Under the pieces are notes generated by a model that worked only from the letters and a program-made list of their open reading frames with translations, was not told the origin of the DNA and searched no databases. A stretch of DNA of 39,748 nt from positions 320,635 to 360,382 of the forward strand of contig NMRA01000063.1 in the NCBI GenBank assembly GCA_002633005.1, written 5' to 3'. Source of the DNA: Phoronis australis. Taxonomy: Eukaryota; Animalia; Phoronida. How positions within the stretch are numbered: position 1 is the first letter of the stretch; each line of letters opens with the position of its first letter. The translations under genes and the position numbers were made by a program. Positions 22,938-35,869 of the stretch are shown in pieces.

Positions 22938-25900
22938 TCATGAGCGGTGAAAATTCCCACACATCTTTAGAAATGCGTGACTTCCTTGTAAGCGTATTAC
23001 TCACGGTATGGTATCACCATTTTCATGAGTCTGCAAAAACGTACACTTTTTCTATCCCCCTCTCCTTCGAAAATGTTCTAGGTGTTACTTTAATTTTTCA
23101 CTGGTCATTATTTATTTACAAAAACTATCAATATTTTAAACTTCATTGCTGTTGCTTGTCTGCCTACCTGACATGATATAATAAATAATTATTTTGAAAC
23201 AACTGTCCAAAAGCTATAAGTGGAGCCATGGTAATTTTTGTCTTTTGCATGGATTGTTATAAAACCCCTCAACCCCCTCGACTCACAACCCCCATGACCC
23301 TTTCGACCCATGACCCCCCCTCGACCAACGACCCACAATCCCCTCGACCCAGTCTACTCAAGCTGGACTCTATCTGAAGTAGAACAAGTGATGACTTGCA
23401 GGACCAATGTGTCTGGCCATGAGCTAGGCTGGCGTTTCCCTGTTTTGAGTCGATTCGGCAAGTTTGAAAGCTAAAAACAGAAAAAAACAATGCAACCAAA
23501 TCAAATCACAGACCTACCAACGTTGCAAATGTTGTTCCTGGCAAAGTGGGGGTTGGGAAGGTTTTTAGAACGATCCCTTTTGCATCTCCATTTTTTATAA
23601 GGTCCTATGGTAACAGCAAGCCTCAGAGCACTCCCTGACTGAAGCCTAGGTTTCATGTACACTCATGAAAATGGCAATCATTAAAACTGTCCCTTACAAA
23701 ATGACAATGATATACATGGAAGTGGCTGCCACATAAGTTGGTCACTTGCCCTATTTTTTGACATGGATAGGGAAGGTTAGAAATATCAAAAAGATTTTCA
23801 TCATATGATTGAAACAATTGTATTTAATTTTCAAAGGGATCTTTTGAACTGTTCTACTTTGTATCAGCAATGGCTTTCTGTTGACAGTTGTCTTGTGTGT
23901 TTAATAAATAAAGAGGCATATTTTGAAAATTTATTGCTTTGCCCTATAAGTGCTGACAAATTTACTTAAAATTGGTCTTACAAGTAATTTCTTAAGGATA
24001 TCACCTTATTCACAAAAATTGGCCATTTTTACAATACTTCACATATATCTAGCAAAATACCTTACCTTCATTTTGAGGAACTTCAAATACAAAATAATTA
24101 TAGGGTGTAGCTAGATTCACTTTGGAACCCCACAACTGGGTGGCAATTTGTTTACTACTTATTCAAGGTCAAAAGTTTATGGGACTGTCACTCAAATCGA
24201 ATCTTCGCCTAAGGCACAGAGCAGTCCTAATTCATGCACCGAGTTGCCATAATATTGCATCAACTACATCTAGATATGATAGAAAGATGCAATTTTGATC
24301 CTGAGGGAGTGGTGCGTCTGCATGCATACGGCCGTTTAGAATGAATGATACAAGTCGCCTCACTTTGTGTACACGAACACAGCAAGTTGTGAAAAGATAA
24401 ATCGTCACCCAAATTCTTTAATTCGGGTAATTTGACATTTCGTGTTTTGATCTCATGCTCACAACGTTCTTGGGTTATCAGTCTCCCAGTGTGTGGTGTG
24501 TCTAACAATGAACTGTTGACCTACTTTAAAGCAGACCACAATGCACAAGCTTGACCCACTTGCTATGTTGGCTCCGCCCATGACCTAGTTGGAATCGATG
24601 CATTGGAAATCGATTTGGTTCAAATTAAATGTTTTGCACTGCAAATTCAGATGACATTGCGCATGAACGTTGAAATAATGAACGTTGCTAAAGGGTGTAT
24701 AGATTATATTGACCGAAAACAAGTTTTCACCAAGTAATTAACCAAAGACCTTGAGACTTTAACCTCTCACGATTTAATTGTTTTTTCTCGTCTTTGGTAA
24801 ATCAACTTGATTTGAACTTAGGAACAGGAGTTCTCGAAAACAACTCTGTGGATTTTGCTGAAACTTCTAAACTTAATATTTATTCATCAATCTCAAAAAC
24901 ACTGTTAGAATTTTCATTATAAAGCCCTAGTTTTTGCGTAATGTAACAAAGATGAATGCGACTGGTATTTTTTACAAAAACACCTTACATTATGTGAGTT
25001 GATTTGTCATGGAAACCAAACAAAAAGACTAGTTGAATATTCCTAGCTGTTTTGAAGTAACTGGTGGATTTGTCATTTAAAAAAGGTTTCATTAAAATCG
25101 ACCTAGTGGTTATTGTGCTATGAATTAACTTTTCTACAAAATGAAATTTTGACTTAAAAAGGTGTTAACGTAATAATAATAATGATACATAAATACAAAC
25201 ATATTTTTATACTCCCTGATCTTTTTTCTTCCAGAAAATATATACTTTTACTAGTTGACAAAGCTTAGTTTTTTGATATACGGAGAATGGGGGCCACTAA
25301 ATAAGGTTTGAGATAACCTTAGTACTCCACGACAGTTTGGTTTGTTCCTTAAACATATGGTCTCTGTGTTAGTATCCTGGTTCTTTGGTTTGGCCTTGGA
25401 AGTTTGACCAGCAAACTTGAAACAGGAACTGGATGGTAGTAGTTATGCAGTGGTCCTTTATGCTTGCACATGTGGTAAGATTTGATTAAGTCAAGATGTT
25501 TGTGGTGAGATGAAGCTAGTCCAGGCCAGTTAGGTGTATCCAATTTCTCTTAGGGTTGAACCTGATCAAAGTAGGTCAGTTGCTGATGGCTGGAGTCTGA
25601 AGGGTGTCAGATGGTGCACAGTGTTGTACTGGTTACTTAACTCTAGTTGCTTCATCATGGGCAGTGCAGCACTGAAAAATGTGGGAGTAAAGCCTCCTCA
25701 GCCCCCCTATGTGCACCGCCTATAAACCACGTGCGGCGCCCATGCTCATGAAACTGTTAGAAATAAACACAAACTATCTGTCTAGTATAACACTAACTTA
25801 CGTAACTAATAAATTTTTACTTTTCAAAGTAAAGGAGAAAAATACTATGCACTTTTAAGGAATATGTGGATGCCAGTAAGTAACCTTATACTTTCAAAAT

Positions 25901-26545
25901 TCACATTAAAATGCTGAAACATGTAGTTCAGGCCTCTTTTAAACTGGAGATCGATGAGTGAGAGAAAGTGAAAAGTAAATTTTACTGAAGTAAAGATGCT
26001 GTTTTTATTGAAATTGTGTCTTATTTTTTCGAATCTGGCCTCAGGTTCCCGCCAAAATCTTATTCAACAAGCATTGAATAACTAAGTAGGTTATTCAACT
26101 CATGTTGTATTGGCCATGTCAGGCTGATAATGTGGTACAAGTATTTATTTTCTATAAGTAGGAATAGCTGAAAATTTGATTTTGACTCTTTACCAATCTC
26201 TAATCAGGTCATGTTGTTTTGTATTTTAATTTAGTTAAACAAAAAGGAAAAGTACAAAACAATGTTGTCAATGACATGAGCAACTTCCTTTTGATAGTAG
26301 TCTTCACTGTTACAGTTTTCTACTTTGTTTCTTTTTTGTTTTATATAACTTTTAATTTTATGAAAGTCCTGAAATTCATGCTTTTGATATCCTCTTCATA
26401 AAAATGATTCTGAACTCAGTGATGGAGAGCACTGTGCAGACAGGATAGTAGGCCCAGCTGAAAGTTTTATTGATGATAATGAAGTTATTGAGACATGATG
26501 TTCTGAAGGCTAATTTGGACATTTTTCTAAGGGCTAACATAATAT

Positions 26546-26736
26546 CTCATACCTTATTTAGTGACCTCCATTCTAACTCATACCTTATTTAGTGACCTCC
26601 ATTCTAACTCATACCTTATTTAGTGACCTCCATTCTAACTCATACCTTATTTAGTGACCTCCATTCTAACTCATACCTTATTTAGTGACCTCCATTCTAA
26701 CTCATACCTTATTTAGTGACCTCCGTTCTAACTCAT
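26546..26736. repeat. 31-bp minisatellite, 6 copies
   Basis: (ctcataccttatttagtgacctccattctaa)n, nearly perfect. Confidence 0.95.
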
Positions 26737-27038
26737 AGGCCACAAAAGACAGGCTGAGGTGCCATTATTGTTATTACATTAACTCCTTTTTAAGTCAAAA
26801 TTTCATTTTTAGAAATAATGTACTTGTTGGTTGATTTTAGTGAAACCCTTTTTAAATGAAAATTTCAAAATTTACCTTAAAAACAATGTTAAGAATTTTT
26901 GAAATTGGTGAATTCCGGTAAATATTAAAATTGGAAAATTTCATTGAAATTCACGGAGCTGCTTTTGAGAACTCGTGTTCCTGAGTTCAGATTAAGTCGA
27001 TTTACCGAAGCTGAGAAAAAGCCGCATAACACTGCATT

Positions 27039-27180
27039 CATAGCAGTAACACGACCAAACAGCAGTACCAACAACATGACCTAACTATAGCAATAACACG
27101 ACCAAACAACAGTACCAATAACATGACCTAACTATAGCAATAACACGACCAAACAACAGTACCAATAACATGACCAAACT
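27039..27180. repeat. ~47-bp tandem repeat, 3 copies
   Basis: tagcaataacacgaccaaacaacagtaccaataacatgacctaacta. Confidence 0.9.
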
Positions 27181-27567
27181 CCTTTGAAATAAATAGTAAA
27201 TCTGTAATCTCACTAACAAAGCCAAAGTTTTTTTGAAATGTGTTTTTGTTTTTTGCAATTTGTCAGATTTTTTATCTTCATTATAAAGTTCACATTTTTA
27301 AGGCCACTGTTTAGATTGTGAAATTTTTCTGCTTACAAAGATATGTTAGTGTCTGCCACCAGTAATGAAGTGTCTGGTTAAAAACTTGCTCTGGTATTAG
27401 TTTTTGAGACCCTTTCTTGTGTCACTCTTTGTGATTTGTGTGCTGTTATGTAAGTTGGATATAACATGCCCACATCTTGAGAACCAGTTTTCTCCACTGA
27501 ATAATGGTATTGAAATGTGGGCACGTTAAGCCTATTTCTGACTATTGCCCATTTCTGGTCGTTTTAG

Positions 27568-27672
27568 GAGCGTGAACAAAATTTAACAGATAATGCATGC
27601 TTGAAGACTAATCACAATTTTGACGAGGACGCAGTACTTCGCATGATTGCTACACAGCAGGTTACAAGTCAG
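27568..27672 (+). CDS. ZCCHC24: Probable ZCCHC24 coding exon 2 (poorly conserved linker)
   Basis: Acceptor gttttag, donor CAG|gtttgt; 105 nt, phase 0/0, open: EREQNLTDNACLKTNHNFDEDAVLRMIATQQVTSQ. Supported by splice signals and frame only. Confidence 0.6.
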
Positions 27673-28403
27673 GTTTGTTTTCATAGTTTTATATCTATAC
27701 TCAGACCTGTAAGTTCCGAAAACACATGTTCTTTATTTTTGTCTTATTGTATAGGGATCTGTTGTGACTGTTTCAAAGTGCTACAGCCGAAGGACATGCC
27801 TTGCACACGGTTAACTTTCTTCAATTTAGAACATTCAAAATTTTCATCATAAGTATAGAAGAAGAAATCTTATATTCATTATTTGCACATAATGTACATG
27901 TGTCAGCAACAAATGCATGGTGACATTTTGAGTCTTTTTAACAATGCTTGTGAACAAATTTGGCTCTTATTTTTAATCTAATAATAAGAAACTTTTCCGT
28001 TTTTCCTCTTGTTGTCAATGCAGGGCTTGATTTGACGACTTGCAGCTCACCAACGCAACTGCAGGTTTTGTTTGTTGACCTTATAAAAATCCCTAGTTAT
28101 CGCAAAGTTACCAGATTTTTACAAGTTGCATCCCAATCCAGGAAAATTGGAATAATAAGAATTTACCTGGAATTAACTTCAAAATTTGTCGATATTGCTT
28201 CAAAATTATTTATTTCGTGAAATCGGTACATCTGACGCTCATCACAAATGTATTGTTGTAGTCTGCTTACCCTGAGGTATGAGTTGAGCAAGTTAATGTG
28301 GAAATTGTCATTATCCTTAATTTGCCATTCATCTGTGGGGGAGTACTGCCACATACAGAATTTATTTGTTTTGACGACTGTATTTCCTATTTGACGACTT
28401 GGG

Positions 28404-29939
28404 AATTGACCTGTCACCGTTATTTTGACTGACGGTTTAACTGACCAATCAGAATACAGCATTCTTAACACACCTTCGTCTGTGTTTCCTAGCCATCATT
28501 ACAAACAACACGTTTCCAGGTAAAGCTTATGTTAGGCTATTGCTCAAGAAACTGTGATAAGAATGATGAAACGGTGTTGCTGTGGCGTGTGTAATTCGGA
28601 CAGTCGTTATACAGCTTGAGAAGAATATTGCGTCACTTATGGGCATTCACTAAGGTGAAATGTGTGTGTATAAACAAAGCATCAAACTGTGTGGACAACC
28701 ACACCAGCAACTGAACTTGGCATTGTTACTTGATTACTTGAAAGTTAAACACAAGTATATTTGTTCCAGTTTGGTGGCCATAGTGTAGGTCTGCCTATCT
28801 GACGACTCCGGAGTTTCACTTGTCTGGCCGCCCAGTTTGTCTAAGCAACGAGCTGGATCCAAGCACTAGCACTACCAGTAGTCCCCGGAAATTGTTTTTT
28901 AGGACAATTTTATAATTTTAATTTATTTCGTGTGAATAGATTTTGCTTTGTAGAAAAAGTGAGGTGAATTTTTGTTATTCATATACCCGTAGGCTGGTGT
29001 TCATCAGAACTTCTCTCAAAAACTGACAGATTTGATCCGCATACTAGGAGGAGCACTGGGTTACTGAACTCAAAGACTGTATTACTGTTTAATGGCTTTT
29101 GTTGAGAACCTCTAGTTTACACTTGGCCTGCAGAGTTAGAGAGAACTCACTGTAGTTGTTCAAATATGATATTTGGATTTATGAAGCTTTAAAAAAGAAT
29201 TTGAGTTATTTTTATACTTAATATAGCCATTTTTACTACTACACCAGACATACCATAGCTTAGTGATCATGCTACATTTAAAATTCAATGAAAGCTACCT
29301 TTATGCACTGAAAATACAAAAGATGTGAAGTTCATCAGAAGGCCTAAATGTCTTAAGTTGCAATTACGGCCCGTTCCATGCATTAATTTGACTTGGACAC
29401 AGCCCTAAGACCTTCCGCAGTGCAATCGACTTGACCTACTTTTCTTGGGGAATCCCATCTTGTGACCTGCTTTCCATTTGGCGGAATTTAGCTGACGCCA
29501 GAATAAAAATACCAGTGAATTTTCACTGATTTTTTTCAAAATATCCTGTAATCTATGGCATTGTACAGATAATTACTACTTTAAAGTATATGTCCATCTT
29601 TACATGAACATATCACATCAGTGGCCTTAATTGTCATTTGTCAAGTGAAGGTGAACCATGTGTGGTATTCAGATTTTCGTTGGCTCCAAAATATTTTTCC
29701 TCGAACACATATTTTTTCATCGTCACCTTTACAAATTCTCACATCGAATGTACGGTTCTTTGCTGAAAAGCATTGCCTGTTGTCTTTCTTAAACCGTTTT
29801 TGGATAGTCCAAAAATCATTCATCGATATCGTCAGGAAGGTCATTTAGCAACAGTGTGTTAATTGCTTCCGGCATCTTGTTTGTTTGTCAGATGTCACGT
29901 GACTTTTCACAAGGGGGTGGAGCTTGGGATAGGTCAATT
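28404..29939. mobile_element. ISL2EU-like (PIF/Harbinger group) internal-deletion derivative
   Basis: Short TIR aattgacctgtc / gataggtcaatt. The + strand has a decayed THAP-like start at 28563 (MMKRCCCGVCNSDSRY...IKLCGQPHQQLN...KHKYICS). The - strand has a decayed convergent ORF at about 29850-29640 (DVRICKGDDEKICVRGKIFWSQRKSE), like the region before the SWIM finger of the YqaJ ORF. Confidence 0.6.
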
Positions 29940-30046
29940 GTGCCAGGTCTCATTCAACAAGTTGACATTATGGGGTAGGCGTTGAGTCCTAAAAAGATAC
30001 AGAATGAAAATTATCTGTAAAAAATTCTGTTTCCCCATCATGACTG

Positions 30047-30251
30047 ATCACGTGCGCTCAGTCATCATCACAAGCGCTCAGTCATCATCACGTGCGCTCA
30101 GTCATCATCACGTGCGCTCAGTCATCATCACGTGCGCTCACTCATTGCTTGTGCACGGTCATCATCATGTGTGCTCGGTCGTCATCACGTGTGCTCGGTC
30201 GTCATCACGTGCGCTCAGTCATCATCACGTGTGCTCAGTCATCATCACGTG
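30047..30251. repeat. 20-bp minisatellite, about 10 copies
   Basis: (cacgtgcgctcagtcatcat)n. Confidence 0.95.
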
Positions 30252-32321
30252 GAATTAAGGGTCAGTTTGTCCTTCCCATGATTTAATTATGTTCTGTATG
30301 GCCGTTTACCATAAGTGTTGTTACCAGAGTATATGGTATGATTCAGAATGTTATTCAGTTTTCATTGAATCAGTGGTTCACTTTTCCTCAAGGAAATTGG
30401 TTAATCTCGTCACGTACATTATTTTTTTGTAATTGCATGCTGTTCCCTTTACAATAAAACTCGTTATGTTATGTTTCGACTTCTATTCAATGAAAATGTG
30501 CCAATTAACAGGTGCTAGTGTCATCTACCCAGCAGTTTCAGTGATAATAATAAAAAGCTGTGTAGATGTGTTAAAATGTTATTTGCATTGTTTAACTGGT
30601 GAGTGTCATCAGCAGTTCATGTGTTCATTGTTAGCTAGGGTTTGTAAATGTCTGCACTAGTTTAGTTATTATACAACAAGCTCTTCCCAGTAGTTTGATC
30701 ACAAGTAATAAGGTTATCAAAATCATTTAACTGTGACTCAATTGAGGGATACTCTCATCACATGAGCTCAGAGAAAAGGATAGTGACATTCATATTGCAG
30801 CAAACCTTGGTGAAATTCAGCCAGTTTAGCAAACACTTTATTGCCCCAAGTTTATTGCCCCTCTATTATTCCGAATCTAATGCACCGTGTGTGTGCATGT
30901 GCATGAGTGTGTTGTCCTGCTCAGCAGAAGATATTAACTGACTTTCAGGGAACTACTTTCTCAGGTCAAGAGGTCATTCACAACTGTTGCTATTAGGGTG
31001 GAACAACTAACCTGCATACTATAAAGGGTTACCGTATAGAGTTGTGATAATTTCTGGTGAACGACCGCACCAGGAAGCATGTGCTTTTAGTCAAATTTTC
31101 TGCAAAATTCCGCAAATATGGTACATGTTTTCTGAAAATAGAAAGATTGTAGAATTTTCTACTTAAGACAAAGAAACAATGTTGCAGCAATATCAAGGCA
31201 TGGTCAAATTTCATTTCAAATATAAATTCATGAACAGATCTCACAATCAGTTTTCAAAATGTCCTTTATTTTATGTGGCTTTTCAGATGAAAAAATATAT
31301 TCATGAAAATCATTGATTACAGCCTCAATTTTGACGGTATCTTATTAAAAACTAGCTCATTTTGTCTGTGGAACAACGTTGATAGCATAGTGTCTGTTTC
31401 ATTTGAGTCTGACTGATAAGCTGTTGAGATGCCATGTTGAAAAAATTTCTAAATTTTCATCGTTCATAACCATAAAGTAAGACATTAACATATAACTTGG
31501 AGGCAAAGATTGATATCAAAATTAAGTACGGCATGAACAGCTAAACCATTGATGGGCAGGCAAATTTAAAATGCGATATTCGATTGCCAATCACAAAAGA
31601 AAGACACAAATTTATTTAAAGTAAACTGTTTTTACAAACTTAATGCATTTCTTGAGCAAAAGTGAGGTTTTAACTAATAAAGTCTAACCATCGATCACTT
31701 TTCAAATCACTGTGAAGACATGAAGTAATAAATGTGTAATACTGGTTAAAATCCCTTCTTAATACTGACATAGATAAAAGCAGAAAAGGTAAATATTCGC
31801 AGGCTGTATAAGATCCGAACCTGTCCAAAACGACAAGGTACCAAAATGCACAGTGTCACACTAAATAAAATTAACATTTTTATTAGGGCTGCTATGCAGT
31901 TACTAACTGCTGTGTATCAAACTTATGCATTACAGGAAGAAATTTATACTAAAACTTGCATGTCTATTATATATCTGTAAAATATCTACAAACATACTGT
32001 AGAGCACAAGTATAGGGAAGGGCATCCACAGTCTCTCTGGTATAATAATACCGCAAAATGTCATACACAATATACAACAAGTACACAAATCAGGTAAGCA
32101 ACTTGATCTACAAAATATGATCGCCAATAAGAAGACCTAGGTCACCACCATATCGAATTTGTTCAACGAACATTCTATAGCTAATCCAAAGGACAAATAA
32201 CTTTTGTGTCTGCGACGTCAGTTGAGGATGGACTCGCATCTACTCAGTAAATGCATTTAAGCCCAGGGCTCATGTTTCATGAAAGTTGAAGTCTAGAAAC
32301 TTCCATTGTTGGTATGATAGA

Positions 32322-32465
32322 GGAGGCAGTGTGGCCTGGTTGATAAGTGCCCACTTTCTTTACTTGAGGTCGTGGGTTCAAGTCCCACCAGAGGTCGTGG
32401 GTTCAAGTCCCACCAGGTCACACTGCTAAACTCTTGAGCCAGGTTTCTAGCTCCTCAGCTTGTTT
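32322..32465 (+). mobile_element. tRNA-derived SINE head with duplicated B-box segment
   Basis: A-box-like tggcctggttg; B-box ggttcaagtcc present twice within a 24-bp duplication gaggtcgtgggttcaagtcccacca; no intact cloverleaf. Confidence 0.7.
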
Positions 32466-33754
32466 TTTACCACATATCAATAAAGCATATAAATATTTCC
32501 AGGTGATCAGTGCAATGGGCCCACATGCGAGGCCTGCGCACATTTGGTACAACGTGTATCAGACCGCCTGCAATTATTATTTTTTATATATGATGTCAGC
32601 ACTATTCAACAGGTTATTATGTAATTTTTGAAAAGTCAAACCAGAGGCTAGCCTATTAGAAAGACCTATAAGTCAACAAACACTTCAACTGAGTTTGAAA
32701 TATTGTGATCCGAGTGTGTTTTCATGACGGAATTTTTGGAAGTTTGTTGGGTAACAAACTGAAAATGAAAAGATTTTGGAATCGTAAATTAATAATCTTG
32801 TGTTAAAATAATTCAGACACTACTGGTAAACTGAGATAATTTATTGGCCTAAACCTGCAAAATTATCTCACTAGTACTACTGTTACAGTGACATGCTTTC
32901 TAAAACTTAGCGCATTCATATTGTTTAACAGTTTACGCCTTTCTTGCTCTTGCTGTGGAAGCACTCAAGCGTGGATTTCGTTCAACTAAACTGTGCTCGC
33001 CACCGGCACCGGGCCGGCCTAGTGGGAAGCGTACAACGTAGCGATCAGGTGTGACGACCTCGTCGTCGATCACGTCTGTACTTCTGATGGCAGCTCGACC
33101 ACGGCCTGCACTTTCTCGCTGCACTTGAACTCCGCCAAAATAGCCGTGTATTCAAAAATCATGTTAGGAAATGCCCAACAACGTTGCAGGACGAAAACAA
33201 ACTTTTGTCGAATCACTACCGTAATGTGCGGATAGAATAGTTAAAAAATTATGCCAACGCAACAAAACGTGCTACATTATGCAACATTAATTGACAAGAA
33301 TCTTTTCAAAGGTCACATGATTTGCTATTTTTTAAAAAATTTTTGAACAGAATGAACTGAACGATTCGAAAAGCGTAGACAAATATTCATACGCGCTTTA
33401 AGGGCCAGAGCCGAAGTACTTTGAAAAACGCAACAAACAACAAATTCAAAAGTGTAAGGTATGATTTTGCGGTATTTTTCATCACGAATTCGAATAAAAT
33501 ATTGACCTCCGACAAAAGTTGAGAAGTTGTGTTTTTGTAACTGAAAACAACTAGGCTGAAGTAATAAAGTTTTATGACCAGTTAATTGATTGACAGTGTA
33601 CACAGACGACACATTGGGGCTGGTTACGTATGGAGATCTTATGCTGATAAGTCTCACTGAAATTGTTTTTGCGCTACCAGACACTCCGCTTTGTAAAACG
33701 CAGCGCTTTCCAGTTTTACTTCACCAGGTTTTGTTGCAATATGGTCTCTGAATA

Positions 33755-34978
33755 GGGGAGAGTGGGGTAAAACGGCACCCTTAACTTAAAAGATCCATTA
33801 CCCAAAAACTATACAATGTATGTACAATGAATTAATCATGCTCATAGAGCTTACCTTGTAGTTTATAAAAAACATAATTAGTAGAATTAAAATTGCACCG
33901 TCTTGGCCCAAGACAGATTTGACTTTTTAAGGGGAGCAGGGACGTTTTACCCTACCTTGCGGTTAAGACGGTCACTGCAGTTGGGTAAAACGGCCCTGTT
34001 ACTACGAACACAGATTAAATGTAATCATCAATTTATACAACAAAATTTAATAACAAAAGTCATTTTCTTTATTTTTAAATCATATATTATACAATATGTG
34101 TTCTTAGCTTTTAAAAACTTAACATGACGAAACTGGCAGTTTACATTTAATGTAGCAACTAACAATAAATTTTCCACCACGAGCAGTTGCTAGAGGCAGA
34201 GGTCACAGACGCAATCTTCGTCTTCGCTATCTACCCCGGCACATTGGTCATGGGCCCATTCTGGTCTTTAAATCTACGCTTCAGAGTAGTTCTCGGTACT
34301 CCAAACTGCCTTGCAGTAGTTTTACAGCCCATCTCTCTCCTTGTCATCGCGGCTATTGCCTTCTCCATGCCCTCCCTTTCCCATGCATTTCTTAAAGACG
34401 TTCTTATATATTTCTGAAGCATTATCTACAAAACAAAACATTGAAAAATATTCCTGCTATCTATTAAATATGTATGGGGTAAAACGGTCACTCTGTCTGT
34501 CTTATCCCACTACCCAGCTGTAAGTCTTATCCCACTACCCAGCTGTACGTCTTATCCCACTACCCAGCTGTCCGTCTTATCCCACTACCCAGCTATCCGT
34601 CTTACCCGTTAATGATCTCACCACAATCAAGCATGCACCGAGAAAACTAGTTAAGGTAATTTAAATTTTGTTGTCATTTTCTCATTCACAAGGCATTACT
34701 GTTAAGCTTAAACACACAGTCAAGTTTATTTCGTACATTACATTTTCTTAATATGTTACGAAAGGGAGGTACTCACCTCAACTTCGAGGGGCGTGAAATA
34801 TTTCTTGCCACAACTTATGTCGTCTGCAGTTCTGCTAGATTCGCGCCAATATGTGGTTACGACCCCTATCGGTCGAGCAATAAAACGGTGTAGTAGCCCC
34901 CTGCCACCAGCCTTGTTAAGCTAGAAAACTGGGGAAGTGGCCGTTTTACTCGGTGGGCTGTTTTACCCCATTCTCCCC
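33755..34978 (-). mobile_element. pogo/Tigger-like (Tc1-mariner superfamily) internal-deletion derivative
   Basis: TIRs ggggagagtggggtaaaacggcaccc / gggctgttttaccccattctcccc with TA on both sides. The minus strand encodes a pipsqueak/CENP-B-type HTH (WEREGMEKAIAAMTRREMGCKTTARQFGVPRTTLKRR) joined out of frame to the end of a PHD-like finger (WAHDQCAGVDSEDEDCVCDLCL*). The DDE domain is absent. Confidence 0.88.
34495..34608. repeat. 25-bp tandem repeat inside the pogo-like element, about 4 copies
   Basis: (gtcttatcccactacccagctgtnn)n. Confidence 0.9.
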
Positions 34979-35869
34979 TACAGGTGTTTGCTTTTCAGGT
35001 ATTGTTTAAAATAGGTTTGTAAAAGTTTCACTTGGTGTAAATGTAGGTTGAGTACCATATTTGATACAAGATTAGCCAAATTTTGAACTGGTTCTGGCTG
35101 CTGTCTGAGAATTGAGGCCATGCAAGAGGAACAAATGTCACTCTATGAGGATTGTCTTTTGACGTCATTAACCAGTATTTACTGATTTGAAAAAAATGAT
35201 TCAACAATTTGCTTGATATACACATCTGTGAGGTAGTTTAAGGGTAGTTGAAATATTGTACTCAACACAGCACATTCCCCAAAATCTTTAGTTGTATCTC
35301 GTTTGCCTCTGAAACAATGATCCATTCAAGATGATTTTCTGCAACACCACGCACGTAAAATCACCCGTCAAGAAATTGTGGAAAACACGTCAATTCGCTA
35401 CGTATAGCAAGATGTGCTGTGTTTGAAAGTATTAGAGTCCCTTTTAATTGCTTTTGAGAAGCCTGTTTTGAATGAGCAGCAAACAGGGTCGCGCCGCACG
35501 TTACACTTGTTTGCGTGACTTTCCAGTTACCCCCCTTCATTAGTCATTCTTTGCAATATTTCACACCCACCGTGTCTCACTGTGTGTGTCGTCAGTTTAT
35601 ACTCTGTGGTGGCATTACTGCGTCATTTTATCTTCACTGAATGAAACGAGTATGTTTCGAAATATCGTGTGTCTTTTAATTATGTCGCTAGGTCAGTTAC
35701 TGTATCTATGTTCAGTTGAGAGTAGAGTTTTGTTCCGAAAGTACCAATGTAACGGAATAAAGACTGAACAATGAAAAGTGTCGTGCATTTAACAAATTCT
35801 GTACAACCGAAAACTTGCTCCCGAAGTACAGTCAAATAGGTTTGTATAAAGGATCTGGTGGCTATTTTA

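Noticed and set aside
23265-23360. C-rich cccctcgacc repeats
   Set aside because: Resembles the subterminal repeats of a DNA transposon end (…gtctactc), but no partner end was found, so it cannot be classified.
32322-32420. tRNA gene
   Set aside because: No intact acceptor or anticodon stems and a duplicated B-box; it is a SINE head.
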